A DNA stretch of 64,000 nucleotides from Gemmatimonadaceae bacterium (lineage in GTDB: Bacteria > Gemmatimonadota > Gemmatimonadetes > Gemmatimonadales > Gemmatimonadaceae): assembly GCA_041499635.1 (NCBI GenBank), contig JBGQKT010000001.1:2195-66194 (forward strand), given 5' to 3'. The first letter of the stretch is position 1, and the number at the start of each line of letters is the position of its first letter. A program made the position numbers and the translations under genes. Below, one piece after another: positions 37,887 through 46,961 of this stretch. The notes under the pieces were generated by a model. It was given only the letters and a program-made list of their open reading frames with translations, was not told the origin of the DNA and ran no database searches.

Positions 37887-38232
37887 AAAACAGGGGTACT
37901 CCCGCCGATTTCGGCTTAGGGAGAGCGAGTTAGTGACTATCAAGGGAGTAGGGAAGAGGCTGAGAACAGAGCACTTGAGTGCTCGTGCTGCCTCCTCTCT
38001 GCTCCCTTATTGTCGGGTTGCAGTGATTGTTGGGAAATATGGTCATTCAGCTGTTGAGCGAAATAAGTTGAGGCGCAGGCTACGAGAATTAGTGCGACTC
38101 CATGTTATCCCTGATTTTACTGGGATTGATCTTGTTCTCTACGCCGGATCGAGTGCTTATGGCCTCGAGTTTGAAAAACTTGCTGGCGAAGCAATCAGCA
38201 TCAAAGCTCAGCTTACTTCCGTAGTGCAGTAG
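37876..38232 (+). CDS. rnpA: Ribonuclease P protein component (start uncertain: CTG 37876 or GTG 37933)
   Basis: [25 protein letters not shown] (RNR motif), DLV; sits between rpmH and yidD. Confidence 0.9.
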   Translation: MVRKKQGYSRRFRLRESELVTIKGVGKRLRTEHLSARAASSLLPYCRVAVIVGKYGHSAVERNKLRRRLRELVRLHVIPDFTGIDLVLYAGSSAYGLEFEKLAGEAISIKAQLTSVVQ

Positions 38233-38237
38233 AGAAA

Positions 38238-38447
38238 ATGCGGAAAGCTCTCATTCTTGTCATTCGTGGTTATCAACTTTGGATCTCGCCGTTACTACCT
38301 TCGGCATGTCGCTACTACCCGACTTGTTCGGCCTATGCAGTTGAAGCGATCGAGAAACACGGTGCAGTTAGTGGTAGCTGGCTAGCTCTTCGAAGAATTA
38401 CTCGATGTCATCCTTTCCGCTCTGGCGGATACGATCCAGTCCCATAA
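38238..38447 (+). CDS. yidD: Membrane protein insertion efficiency factor
   Basis: [33 protein letters not shown]. Confidence 0.97.
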   Translation: MRKALILVIRGYQLWISPLLPSACRYYPTCSAYAVEAIEKHGAVSGSWLALRRITRCHPFRSGGYDPVP

Positions 38448-40088
38448 ATGGAAAAGCGCTTCTTTCTCGCACTACTCCTTGCAGCTGCTGTAGTTGCAAT
38501 TACACAGATTTTGTTCCCAGTTATACGTCCGGGGCCAGTCACTCGTGGTAAGAATGACAGCCTAAGCACGAGCAAGACTCAGAATCGATCGATTGCAGAT
38601 GTAGATCGGAGGCCAAGCGTAGCACAACCAGCCGGTGGTTCTACGTCTACCGTGACATCAGCAGCTGCACCGGAACTAACGACTCTGGTAACGCCAAAAT
38701 CCATCTACCGTTTTAGCAATATTGGAGCTACTCCCGTTTCGGTGGCCTTGCGGGACTACAAAAATCTTGCGCCTGCTGGTGGTGCTGTGGAGCTTGGTGT
38801 TCCAGGCCAACCACTCTTGAGTTATGCCCTCGTTGTAAATGGCGATACAACGCGATTTGATGGCATTCCCTTTCGCTCCCGAGCCTCAACCAATCAGGCT
38901 GCTTACGATGCAATCGTTGCGAACCATAGTGTTGAGATCTCCTATGAGGTTCTGCCTGACAAGTATGTCGTAAGGGTTGATGGCAAAGTTGAAGGCGCTG
39001 ACCAGAATACCTATCTACTGATACAGCTACCTACGAGCCTAAAACCGGCGGAATCGGATACGCTCTCTGACCTTCGAAATCTGGCATTCTCATTCAAATC
39101 GGAGCGTGAAAATGCACGTATTGTCCGATTTGGAAGTCTTGATCCTGGCGAGCAGCGTCTCGAGACAGGGCCATTGGTTTGGGCTGCCGTTAAAAACAAG
39201 TACTTCGTTCTTGGACTTCTAAATCCTCCAGGAGCGACGTTCAATGAAGTTGCCTTGAAGGGAGGTGCCAGAACTTCCAAAGTTGCTACGACCGCTTCAG
39301 CGATAATTGTCAAGTCATTGAAGACTGGCTCCTTTACGCTTGACCTCTATGCTGGGCCGCAGCAATCGACAGAGCTTATCGCAATGGGTCGCGATTTCGA
39401 TCATGTGAATCCGTACGGATGGCGATTTCTACAGGGCGTCGTTCAGCCCATTGCTGCACTTTGCATTCGGCTTCTCCTTTGGATGCACCAAGTACTTAGG
39501 CTAAGCTACGGGTGGGTGCTGATCATCTTCGGAATCCTCATTCGAGTTGCTCTCTGGCCGTTGAATCAGAGCGCGATGAGATCAAGCATGAAAATGCAAG
39601 AGATCCAACCGAAGCTTGCAGAGGTCCAAAAGAAATACAAAGACAAACCGGAAAAACAGCGAGAGGAAATAATGAAGGTGTATCGGGACGCAGGTGCGAG
39701 TCCGTTTACGGCCCTCACGGGATGCCTTCCAGCGTTGATCCCGATGCCTGTTCTCTTCGCGCTATTTTTCGTTTTTCAGAACACAATCGAATTTCGGGGA
39801 GTGCCTTTTATGTGGCTCCACGATATTTCCATCAAAGATCCGCTCTATATTCTGCCTGTCTTGATGGGGATATCGATGTATGTGCTGTCATGGATTGGTC
39901 TGCGGAACGCGCCACCGAACCCGCAGGCGAAAACTATGAGCTACATGTTCCCGGTTATGATGACCTTTATTCTGGCGAACATGGCATCGGGCTTGAACCT
40001 CTACTATACAGCTCAAAACTTGGCGGCCATTCCTCAGCAATGGCTACTGGCACAAGAACGTGCACGAAGGAAACCACCAAGTCGGTAA
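38448..40088 (+). CDS. yidC: Membrane protein insertase
   Basis: N-terminal TM, periplasmic domain, YGWVLIIFGILIR..LWPL, GCLP.LIPMP, DPLYILP, GLNLYY. Confidence 0.97.
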   Translation: MEKRFFLALLLAAAVVAITQILFPVIRPGPVTRGKNDSLSTSKTQNRSIADVDRRPSVAQPAGGSTSTVTSAAAPELTTLVTPKSIYRFSNIGATPVSVALRDYKNLAPAGGAVELGVPGQPLLSYALVVNGDTTRFDGIPFRSRASTNQAAYDAIVANHSVEISYEVLPDKYVVRVDGKVEGADQNTYLLIQLPTSLKPAESDTLSDLRNLAFSFKSERENARIVRFGSLDPGEQRLETGPLVWAAVKNKYFVLGLLNPPGATFNEVALKGGARTSKVATTASAIIVKSLKTGSFTLDLYAGPQQSTELIAMGRDFDHVNPYGWRFLQGVVQPIAALCIRLLLWMHQVLRLSYGWVLIIFGILIRVALWPLNQSAMRSSMKMQEIQPKLAEVQKKYKDKPEKQREEIMKVYRDAGASPFTALTGCLPALIPMPVLFALFFVFQNTIEFRGVPFMWLHDISIKDPLYILPVLMGISMYVLSWIGLRNAPPNPQAKTMSYMFPVMMTFILANMASGLNLYYTAQNLAAIPQQWLLAQERARRKPPSR

Positions 40089-40098
40089 TGAAGTTGCC

Positions 40099-40884
40099 AT
40101 GCGGATTACATATATTGGTCACGCAACGCTACTAATTGAACTTGCCGATCGGATTTTTCTTACCGACCCAAACTTTGATTCAAACCTGGGTGGTTTCCTA
40201 CCAAGAGTAAGCGCGCCTGGTGTATCGATTGGCTCGCTTCCACGGATCGATGCAATCGTATTAACACATGCACACGCCGACCACCTTTCATTTAAATCAC
40301 TCGATGCGCTCCCGCAGGACGTGCCGATTTATGCGCCGCCCGCGATAGCAAAGTGGCTGAAGAAGCGCGGTTATAGCATGGCGCAAAAAATCGCTCCAGG
40401 TGAGTCAGTTCAAAATGGACCGGTTGAAATCAAAGCAGGTACAGCGACTCACCGAGGCAATCGATATGCTGTGGATCGCTGGCGGAGCTCGGCGAATATG
40501 TACCTGTTCGATACTAATAACGTGTCCTGTTTTTTTGCAGGCGATACTGGATTGACTCCGGAGAGCACTCATCTAGTTGAACGTCATGTGGGTGCTGCAG
40601 GCCGCAGGCTCGATCTTGCTCTACTGCCGATTGGGCACGCGCCCTGGTGGAAGCCAGGATTCAGAAAAGGACATTTGACGAGTGGTGACGCACTCACATT
40701 GTTCGATCGGCTCGATGCGAGGTACCTGATTCCGTATCACTGGGGCACGTTCGATCACGTAACGTCGAAAGCTCACGACGCGATTCAACGTCTTCGAGCT
40801 CAATTGCCTGCACACCCTCGTAGTGAAACAGTGCAGATCCTCGAGCCTGGCATGAGCTTCGACCTACCAATTCCCGAGCAGTGA
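40099..40884 (+). CDS. MBL-fold metallo-hydrolase
   Basis: ITYIGHAT, LTDP, THAHADH (HxHxDH), FAGDT, LPIG, PYHWGTF. Confidence 0.9.
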   Translation: MRITYIGHATLLIELADRIFLTDPNFDSNLGGFLPRVSAPGVSIGSLPRIDAIVLTHAHADHLSFKSLDALPQDVPIYAPPAIAKWLKKRGYSMAQKIAPGESVQNGPVEIKAGTATHRGNRYAVDRWRSSANMYLFDTNNVSCFFAGDTGLTPESTHLVERHVGAAGRRLDLALLPIGHAPWWKPGFRKGHLTSGDALTLFDRLDARYLIPYHWGTFDHVTSKAHDAIQRLRAQLPAHPRSETVQILEPGMSFDLPIPEQ

Positions 40885-40901
40885 ATGGGAGTTAGCTGAC
40901 A

Positions 40902-42272
40902 TTGGGTAACATTGGTGTAAGCTCAAACACTATTGTTGCGCTCAGCACTCCCGCGGGCCGAGGAGCGATAGCAGTTATCCGCGTGAGCGGTGATAATGCG
41001 GTTGAGATTGCGCGACGTCACATAAATCCATGGCCCGGTCGCGCGCGTGAGATTTCGCTTTGCATGGTCAGCAGTGGTCTGACGATCCTCGACCAGGCAC
41101 TCATCACCTTCTACAATGGACCGGAATCGTTCACGGGTGAAGACGTAGTCGAGATCTTCACGCATGGCGGCCATGTAGTGCCACTGTCGATCGTGGCTGC
41201 CTTGATAGAATCTGGTGCCAGGCAGGCACTCCCCGGAGAATTCACCCGGCGCGCAGTCCTGAATGCAAAGCTCGATATCGTTCAAGCAGAAGCAATCGGT
41301 GATCTGATCGACGCGCGATCCGGTGTAATGCAGCAAGCGGCCCTGTATCAACTTGATGGAGGGCTGTCATCTCGAATAGCGTCGGTGCGAGAAGGAGCAC
41401 TACGTGTCGAATCGCTAATTGCGTATGACGTCGACTTTCCCGAAGAAGATGATGGGCCGATCTCTAAAAATGAAATTGCTACAGCTACTGATTCTCTTGC
41501 CCGTTCGCTCGACCTTCTGCTTTCTACCATCCCTGTTGGGCAGATTGCTCGAGAAGGCGCGATCGTCGTCATTGCCGGCGTTCCGAACGTTGGGAAATCC
41601 TCATTGTTCAACGCATTGATTGGTGAAAGTCGAGCTATCGTAGCCGACATTTCCGGCACTACCAGAGATGCAATCGAAGCGATGATTGATGCTGGTTTGT
41701 GGCCGATCCGTTTGATCGATACTGCAGGCCTTCGTGACAGCACTGATGTTGTTGAAAGACTTGGCATTGAAGTCAGCGAACAACGACTTGCTGCAGCGCA
41801 CTTAATAATTGCATGCGGCGATACTGAGCTCTCCCTTGAAAATGCAGCTGCACTGTCATCGTCGCTTTCACGAGCGCCGGTAATTCAGGTACTGACAAAG
41901 AGCGATTTACAAAGGAACTCCGATTCAGCGTCTGGAAAACCAAACTCGTCAATCCCAGTGAGAGTAAGCGCAATCACGGGTGATGGGCTTGGTGCTCTTC
42001 GAGCTAGAATTGATTCCGTACTGGATGAGAAGTACGGAGCGATAGCTCCGGAAACACCGATCCTAACGCGAGCCCGACATATTCATGGAATCAGCGTTGC
42101 TCGAAATGAGATTGAGCAATTCAAGAATGCTTGGGAGAAGGAGTCACTTCCTGCACCGGTGGCGGCTGTACACTTGAGAGCTGCTGTCGTCGCTCTCGAG
42201 GAGTTAATTGGAGCGGTAAGCGCAGACGATGTGCTGGAGAGAGTATTCAGCTCTTTTTGTGTGGGGAAATAA
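40902..42272 (+). CDS. mnmE: tRNA modification GTPase
   Basis: [54 protein letters not shown]. Confidence 0.98.
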   Translation: MGNIGVSSNTIVALSTPAGRGAIAVIRVSGDNAVEIARRHINPWPGRAREISLCMVSSGLTILDQALITFYNGPESFTGEDVVEIFTHGGHVVPLSIVAALIESGARQALPGEFTRRAVLNAKLDIVQAEAIGDLIDARSGVMQQAALYQLDGGLSSRIASVREGALRVESLIAYDVDFPEEDDGPISKNEIATATDSLARSLDLLLSTIPVGQIAREGAIVVIAGVPNVGKSSLFNALIGESRAIVADISGTTRDAIEAMIDAGLWPIRLIDTAGLRDSTDVVERLGIEVSEQRLAAAHLIIACGDTELSLENAAALSSSLSRAPVIQVLTKSDLQRNSDSASGKPNSSIPVRVSAITGDGLGALRARIDSVLDEKYGAIAPETPILTRARHIHGISVARNEIEQFKNAWEKESLPAPVAAVHLRAAVVALEELIGAVSADDVLERVFSSFCVGK

Positions 42273-42298
42273 GGCTACAGCGAGTAGCTCAGTTCTCG

Positions 42299-43237
42299 TT
42301 ATGCGGTTTCGGCAGCTTCGCTGCCAGCGGTGGTGATCTCGAGAGCACTCGCCCGAATCGTCCAGGCGTAACCTCTGGTTGCAATTGCATGCTCGACCAT
42401 CTTCGCGCCGAGATAGTAGCCACTTCTTTCTGGAAGAACTTGCTCGCCAGCGCGTCGTCGCTCGTCTGTCATTCCGTCTGACAGATATTTCAGGCGTAGC
42501 CCCAAACCGGTCTTATCAAGATTTCCAATAAGTGATCGCGAAATGATGGGTTCCATCTCTCGAACCCGTGCATATTCGCGGCGATCATATCCGAAGTATT
42601 CCCAGGCAGCATGACCGGGGCTGATTACCCTGGATACCTGGACTGAGATTCCCTCGTTCACGAGCAATTCTCTCAGGTTTACACGTTTCCCCGTCTCCCA
42701 ATACGAGTAGTAACCTTCCATATCAGCGATTGCCTGTCGCATATCGCTCCGGCTTTCCGGAGAGGTGTAGCGAACAGCGTGAGCGATCTCGTGAGCAAGC
42801 CATAAAGGAATAAGCTCAGGATCGAGGCCGAGCCCGTGAGTTTCCGGGTTGGTGATACTGGTGAAATGCTCGAGGCAAACGAAAGCAACACCGCGACCGT
42901 TTACTACAAGCTCACCGGCATTGGCTGCTCCGACTCCGACCATTAGCACGACATCGATGTCGGAGTCGACGTCGAGCAACGCTCGGCACTGCTCTTCGGT
43001 GTTACGAGCTAAAGAGACTACGTCGATTCTCTCGAGCATTGTGCGGAGATCGCCTCGTCCTGCAAGAGCTGCGGAGCGCGCAACATCAGCGAAGTGAGGA
43101 CCGTCAGGATCCAGGACGTAATTTGCCCAGTATGCCTGTAGAATATTGCGATGAGTGTCGAAGTAGCGATGGTATGCCGCGATGCGATCGGTGCTGTTAA
43201 GAACTGCGAAGAAATCAGGCAGCAGGTTAATCAGCAT
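42299..43237 (-). CDS. DUF2268-like putative Zn-dependent protease
   Basis: LAHEIAHA (HExxH), downstream NEG, and RSGYYLG motif. Confidence 0.7.
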   Translation of the reverse strand: MLINLLPDFFAVLNSTDRIAAYHRYFDTHRNILQAYWANYVLDPDGPHFADVARSAALAGRGDLRTMLERIDVVSLARNTEEQCRALLDVDSDIDVVLMVGVGAANAGELVVNGRGVAFVCLEHFTSITNPETHGLGLDPELIPLWLAHEIAHAVRYTSPESRSDMRQAIADMEGYYSYWETGKRVNLRELLVNEGISVQVSRVISPGHAAWEYFGYDRREYARVREMEPIISRSLIGNLDKTGLGLRLKYLSDGMTDERRRAGEQVLPERSGYYLGAKMVEHAIATRGYAWTIRASALEITTAGSEAAETA

Positions 43238-43397
43238 CAACGACCGGGTCGTGAGTAATGACAGAGCGCGGCGCGCTTTTGGATGCGAGAAAATACGCTG
43301 CAGGGAAATTCAGAACAAGAGCGATGTAGCTGGACTCTCGCGAAAAAACTGGCACAGAAATTTCCTCCCATGATTTCATGCATCGCGACGAGGTCTT

Positions 43398-44048
43398 ATG
43401 ACTACTCTCCGTCAAATCGAACTGAGCTGTCCAATCTGTGGTAACAGCTTTCATTCTCAGGCGGTCGTCTCGACGAATACCTTCAGAGGAAAGCGCACTG
43501 ATTTTCACGAACATGCTGCTGGGACCCAGCCGCTGGCGTACCTTGTCCATATGTGCAGCGAATGTGGCTACTCTGGAGGAGAACGTGACTTCTCGAGTGT
43601 CGCGGAGATCAGCCCGCTCCTGAAAGAACACGTTTTGAACGAACTTGCACCGAAAGCGCCGGTGACAGTAACCGGCTCAGACAAATATGAGACAGCTGCA
43701 AAGGTTGCCGAGTGGCAAGGTGGGGAAGCTCGTCAAATAGCAGATCTCCTGCTACGAGCAGCCTGGTGCTGTGTGGATGAGAATGACACTGAGGCAGAGC
43801 GCTACTTCCGGCGTCTTGCAGCCTGGGCATTCGAGCAAGCCTTGGGAAGCTACGATGGCGTCGTGACTGAGGAGCGAGCAGTTCTCACATATCTGGTGGG
43901 TGAGCTCTGGCGAAGGATTGGAGACGTTCACCAGGCTCGAGAGTGGTTCGATCGAGTCTCTGATGAAATTGTCGATTCGGAGGCGCAGCAGTGGATACTT
44001 GCTGTTTCAGAGCAACAGCGGACCGATCCTCAGGAATGGTTTGGCTGA
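43398..44048 (+). CDS. DUF2225-family protein (Zn-ribbon plus TPR-like helices)
   Basis: CPICG...TDF...VHMCSECGYS, LRAAWCC, LTYLVGELWRRIGD...A..WF. Confidence 0.85.
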   Translation: MTTLRQIELSCPICGNSFHSQAVVSTNTFRGKRTDFHEHAAGTQPLAYLVHMCSECGYSGGERDFSSVAEISPLLKEHVLNELAPKAPVTVTGSDKYETAAKVAEWQGGEARQIADLLLRAAWCCVDENDTEAERYFRRLAAWAFEQALGSYDGVVTEERAVLTYLVGELWRRIGDVHQAREWFDRVSDEIVDSEAQQWILAVSEQQRTDPQEWFG

Positions 44049-44052
44049 ATCA

Positions 44053-44676
44053 TCACCGGGTACCGAACAATCTGTCGCCGGCGTCACCTAGTCCCGGCAG
44101 AATATATCCGTGCGAGTTGAGCTCTCGGTCCAGAGCAGCGCAATAGATCTGAACATCAGGATGCTCTGCGCTCAACCGCTCAACGCCTTCTGGAGCAGCG
44201 ACCAGACAAAGAAATCTTATTCGGGTTGCACCCGCTCTCTTGAGTGATGAGACTGCGGCAGCTGCACTGCCGCCTGTTGCCAGCATTGGATCGAGGACAA
44301 AAAAATCACGCTCAGCTACATCACCAGGGATTTTGAAGTAGTAGTCGACCGGTTGGAGGGTGTCGTGATCCCGGTAAAGCCCAATGTGACCGACTCGCGC
44401 AGCCGGAACCAGACGAAGAATACCCTCGACCATTCCAAGACCGGCTCGAAGGATCGGAACCAGGGTGAGCTTCTTTCCGCTGATGTGCCAGCCGGAAGTC
44501 GTCTCGAGTGGAGTTGTGACTGGTAGTGGTTCGAGCGTCAGATCGATCGTTGCCTCGTATGCCATGAGCATAGCAATTTCATCCACGAGTTCCTTGAAGA
44601 TCTTTGTTGGCGTTTCACGATTGCGCACGATCGTCAGCTTGTGCTGAACGAGTGGATGCCGGATAATTGTGAGCAT
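44053..44676 (-). CDS. upp: Uracil phosphoribosyltransferase
   Basis: [53 protein letters not shown]. Confidence 0.98.
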   Translation of the reverse strand: MLTIIRHPLVQHKLTIVRNRETPTKIFKELVDEIAMLMAYEATIDLTLEPLPVTTPLETTSGWHISGKKLTLVPILRAGLGMVEGILRLVPAARVGHIGLYRDHDTLQPVDYYFKIPGDVAERDFFVLDPMLATGGSAAAAVSSLKRAGATRIRFLCLVAAPEGVERLSAEHPDVQIYCAALDRELNSHGYILPGLGDAGDRLFGTR

Positions 44677-44749
44677 TGGAAATTCTTCAGTGCGTTCGAT
44701 CATCAGTGTTTGATTTGGGCTGCGAAACTTACCTTCTATTCGCGCGTGC

Positions 44750-44926
44750 ATGAAGGAATATCAGGCGGTGGTGGTCAAGCTGACACGACACACACGCGAG
44801 GATGAGGATACGCTGACAGATCTTCTGAATGAACGGAGCCGTAGTGGATGGGAGCCGGCTCTCATGTCGCAGGACGATCAACGGTTGATAATTCTGTTCC
44901 AGCGTAGTGCGGTAGCAGAGGCGTAA
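44750..44926 (+). CDS. Small protein, DUF4177-like (58 aa, absent from the ORF track)
   Basis: [58 protein letters not shown]; ends 3 bp before the next gene. Confidence 0.75.
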   Translation: MKEYQAVVVKLTRHTREDEDTLTDLLNERSRSGWEPALMSQDDQRLIILFQRSAVAEA

Positions 44927-44929
44927 TCT

Positions 44930-46312
44930 TTGGAAATCGAGTTTTATGGCGCAGCCCGTGAGGTTACGGGCTCCTGTCACATTCTGCGTGTAAATGGCAG
45001 CACGGTTCTTCTCGACTGCGGAATGTTTCAGGGAAAGAGGAGTGATGCGGAGCAGAAAAACAGAACTCTTCCGGTCCCCATCGCCGATATCGATAGCGTG
45101 GTACTATCACATGCTCATATCGATCATTCCGGGCGACTGCCTTACCTCGTAGCCGAAGGATACAGCAAGACAATCTGGGCTACCGCAGCGACGCGCGATC
45201 TCTCAGCAGTCATGCTCGCCGATTCTGCCCACATTCAGGAGAAGGACGCTGAATTTCTCGCCAAGCATAAAAAGGATTTCATCCAGCCGTTGTACGCGAT
45301 GCGTCATACGGTTCGCGCACTGGAGTTAATGGTAGCTGTTCCCTACAACAAACCATTTGACGTCGTTCCAGGTGTGCGGTGCAGCTATGTGGATGCGGGC
45401 CACATCCTCGGATCTGCTTCCGTGGTGCTCGATTGTGTCGAGGGAAGTGTCTCAAAAAGACTGGTGTTCTCCGGGGACATAGGTCGCTCCGGGCTTGCGA
45501 TCATTCGTGATCCTGTTCCGCCTACTGGCGCAGACGAAATCATTATGGAATCGACATATGGCGACCGCGACCATGAGTCGGTGGATGGAGCTCGTGCCCG
45601 ACTTGCTGAGGTAGTGAGGCAGACTGCTGCGAGGGGCGGGCGCGTTCTGATTCCAGCGTTTGCTGTAGGCCGGACGCAGGAGCTCGTGTACAACCTGCAT
45701 TCACTTGTTCGCGAGTCTGCAATTCCATCGATTCCGATATTTGTCGACAGCCCACTCGCAGTGGACACAACGACCGTCTTTGAAATGCATCCAGAGACAT
45801 TCGACGAGTCTGAAGATATGGTAAGAAAGGTCAAAGACCTTTTTGAATTTCCTCTGGTGCATTACACGCGAGACGTAGAGGAATCAAAAGCATTGGCTCA
45901 CATGAGCGGGCCGATGATCATCATTGCAGCTTCAGGAATGGTTGAAGCGGGACGGATACTTCATCATCTCGCGCAGGGGGCCTCTGATCCAAGGAACACG
46001 ATCTTGATTGTCGGCTTTCAAGCGGAGCACACGCTTGGTCGCCGCATAGTCGAGAAAGCACCCGTCTTGAAAATCTTCGGCGACGAAATTCCTCTGAGAG
46101 CTCATGTTGAAGTGATCAATGGATACAGTGCACATGCTGACCGCACTGAGCTCCGTGCCTGGTTGGACGCTGTCAAGGTCACATCGCCCAAACTCTCGGG
46201 CGTACACCTCGTTCATGGTGAGCCCAAGGCTCAGGACGAGCTACAGACTACGCTGGTCGCAAAGAGCTACAGCGTAACCTGCCCCGACCCGCACACGAGG
46301 ATTGCCTTCTAA
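44930..46312 (+). CDS. MBL/beta-CASP ribonuclease (YSH1-like)
   Basis: GAAREVTGS, LDCGMFQG, SHAHIDHSG, FSGDIG, MESTYG, PAFAVGRTQE, YSAHAD, VHGE. Confidence 0.93.
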   Translation: MEIEFYGAAREVTGSCHILRVNGSTVLLDCGMFQGKRSDAEQKNRTLPVPIADIDSVVLSHAHIDHSGRLPYLVAEGYSKTIWATAATRDLSAVMLADSAHIQEKDAEFLAKHKKDFIQPLYAMRHTVRALELMVAVPYNKPFDVVPGVRCSYVDAGHILGSASVVLDCVEGSVSKRLVFSGDIGRSGLAIIRDPVPPTGADEIIMESTYGDRDHESVDGARARLAEVVRQTAARGGRVLIPAFAVGRTQELVYNLHSLVRESAIPSIPIFVDSPLAVDTTTVFEMHPETFDESEDMVRKVKDLFEFPLVHYTRDVEESKALAHMSGPMIIIAASGMVEAGRILHHLAQGASDPRNTILIVGFQAEHTLGRRIVEKAPVLKIFGDEIPLRAHVEVINGYSAHADRTELRAWLDAVKVTSPKLSGVHLVHGEPKAQDELQTTLVAKSYSVTCPDPHTRIAF

Positions 46313-46325
46313 GTAGTTTCCTGCG

Positions 46326-46961
46326 ATGGCAAGCGCGGGGCACAGAATCCGTATGCTGTTAACCAGCACCATCGCAACGGTACTGGTGTTTTGGGTCGGC
46401 TGGATGATTGCGGTGCTGGTGTGGAGCACGCTCGATCAAGCTCGTCCGGCGGAATCCATTGTCGTGCTCGGCGCGGCCCAATATGACGGTCGCCCGTCAC
46501 CAGTACTGCGTGCAAGACTGGATCACGCCATCAACCTTTGGAATCGCCACCTGGCACATGTTGTGATTCTGACGGGAGGAAGAGGCTTCGGCGACACGAC
46601 GAGTGAAGCGGCAGTTGGCCGCGGCTATGTAAAGTGTCGTGGAATTCCAGACGAGGCAATCCTTCTCGAGAGCGAGGGACGAACGACACGAGCCTCGCTT
46701 GTCGCAGTCTCACGAATGCTAAGCGAACGCAGAATGAAAACTGCAATCCTCGTGAGTGATCCGTTTCATATGCTTCGGCTCTGGATATTGAGTCGGCGTT
46801 TGGGGTTTACGCCGTACACGTCACCAACGCGTACAAGTCCCATCTCACCCAACCGTGAAGAGCGGTGGAAATACATGCTCAGCGAATCGGTCAAGGCACC
46901 GATGACTTTCCTGTTCGAGAGTAAGAACGTAAGAGACGATGATCATGCAAATACCAATTGA
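46326..46961 (+). CDS. YdcF/DUF218 (ElyC/SanA-like) protein
   Basis: N-terminal TM, IVVLGA, RLDHA, TGG, E.EGRTT, VSDPFHMLR. Confidence 0.9.
   Translation: MASAGHRIRMLLTSTIATVLVFWVGWMIAVLVWSTLDQARPAESIVVLGAAQYDGRPSPVLRARLDHAINLWNRHLAHVVILTGGRGFGDTTSEAAVGRGYVKCRGIPDEAILLESEGRTTRASLVAVSRMLSERRMKTAILVSDPFHMLRLWILSRRLGFTPYTSPTRTSPISPNREERWKYMLSESVKAPMTFLFESKNVRDDDHANTN

Noticed and set aside
33900-38400. Low-GC stretch as a horizontally acquired island or prophage
   Set aside because: It consists of rnpB, dnaN, dnaA, rpmH and rnpA, has no integrase or flanking repeats, and its edges look gradual.
43095-43125. SRP RNA-like GTCAGGATCC motif
   Set aside because: It lies inside a well-supported CDS on the opposite strand and lacks the SRP domain IV stem.
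43349-43365. Sigma54 promoter upstream of DUF2225 (TGGCAC-AGAAA-TTTCC)
   Set aside because: The -24 element is perfect but the -12 lacks the invariant GC.
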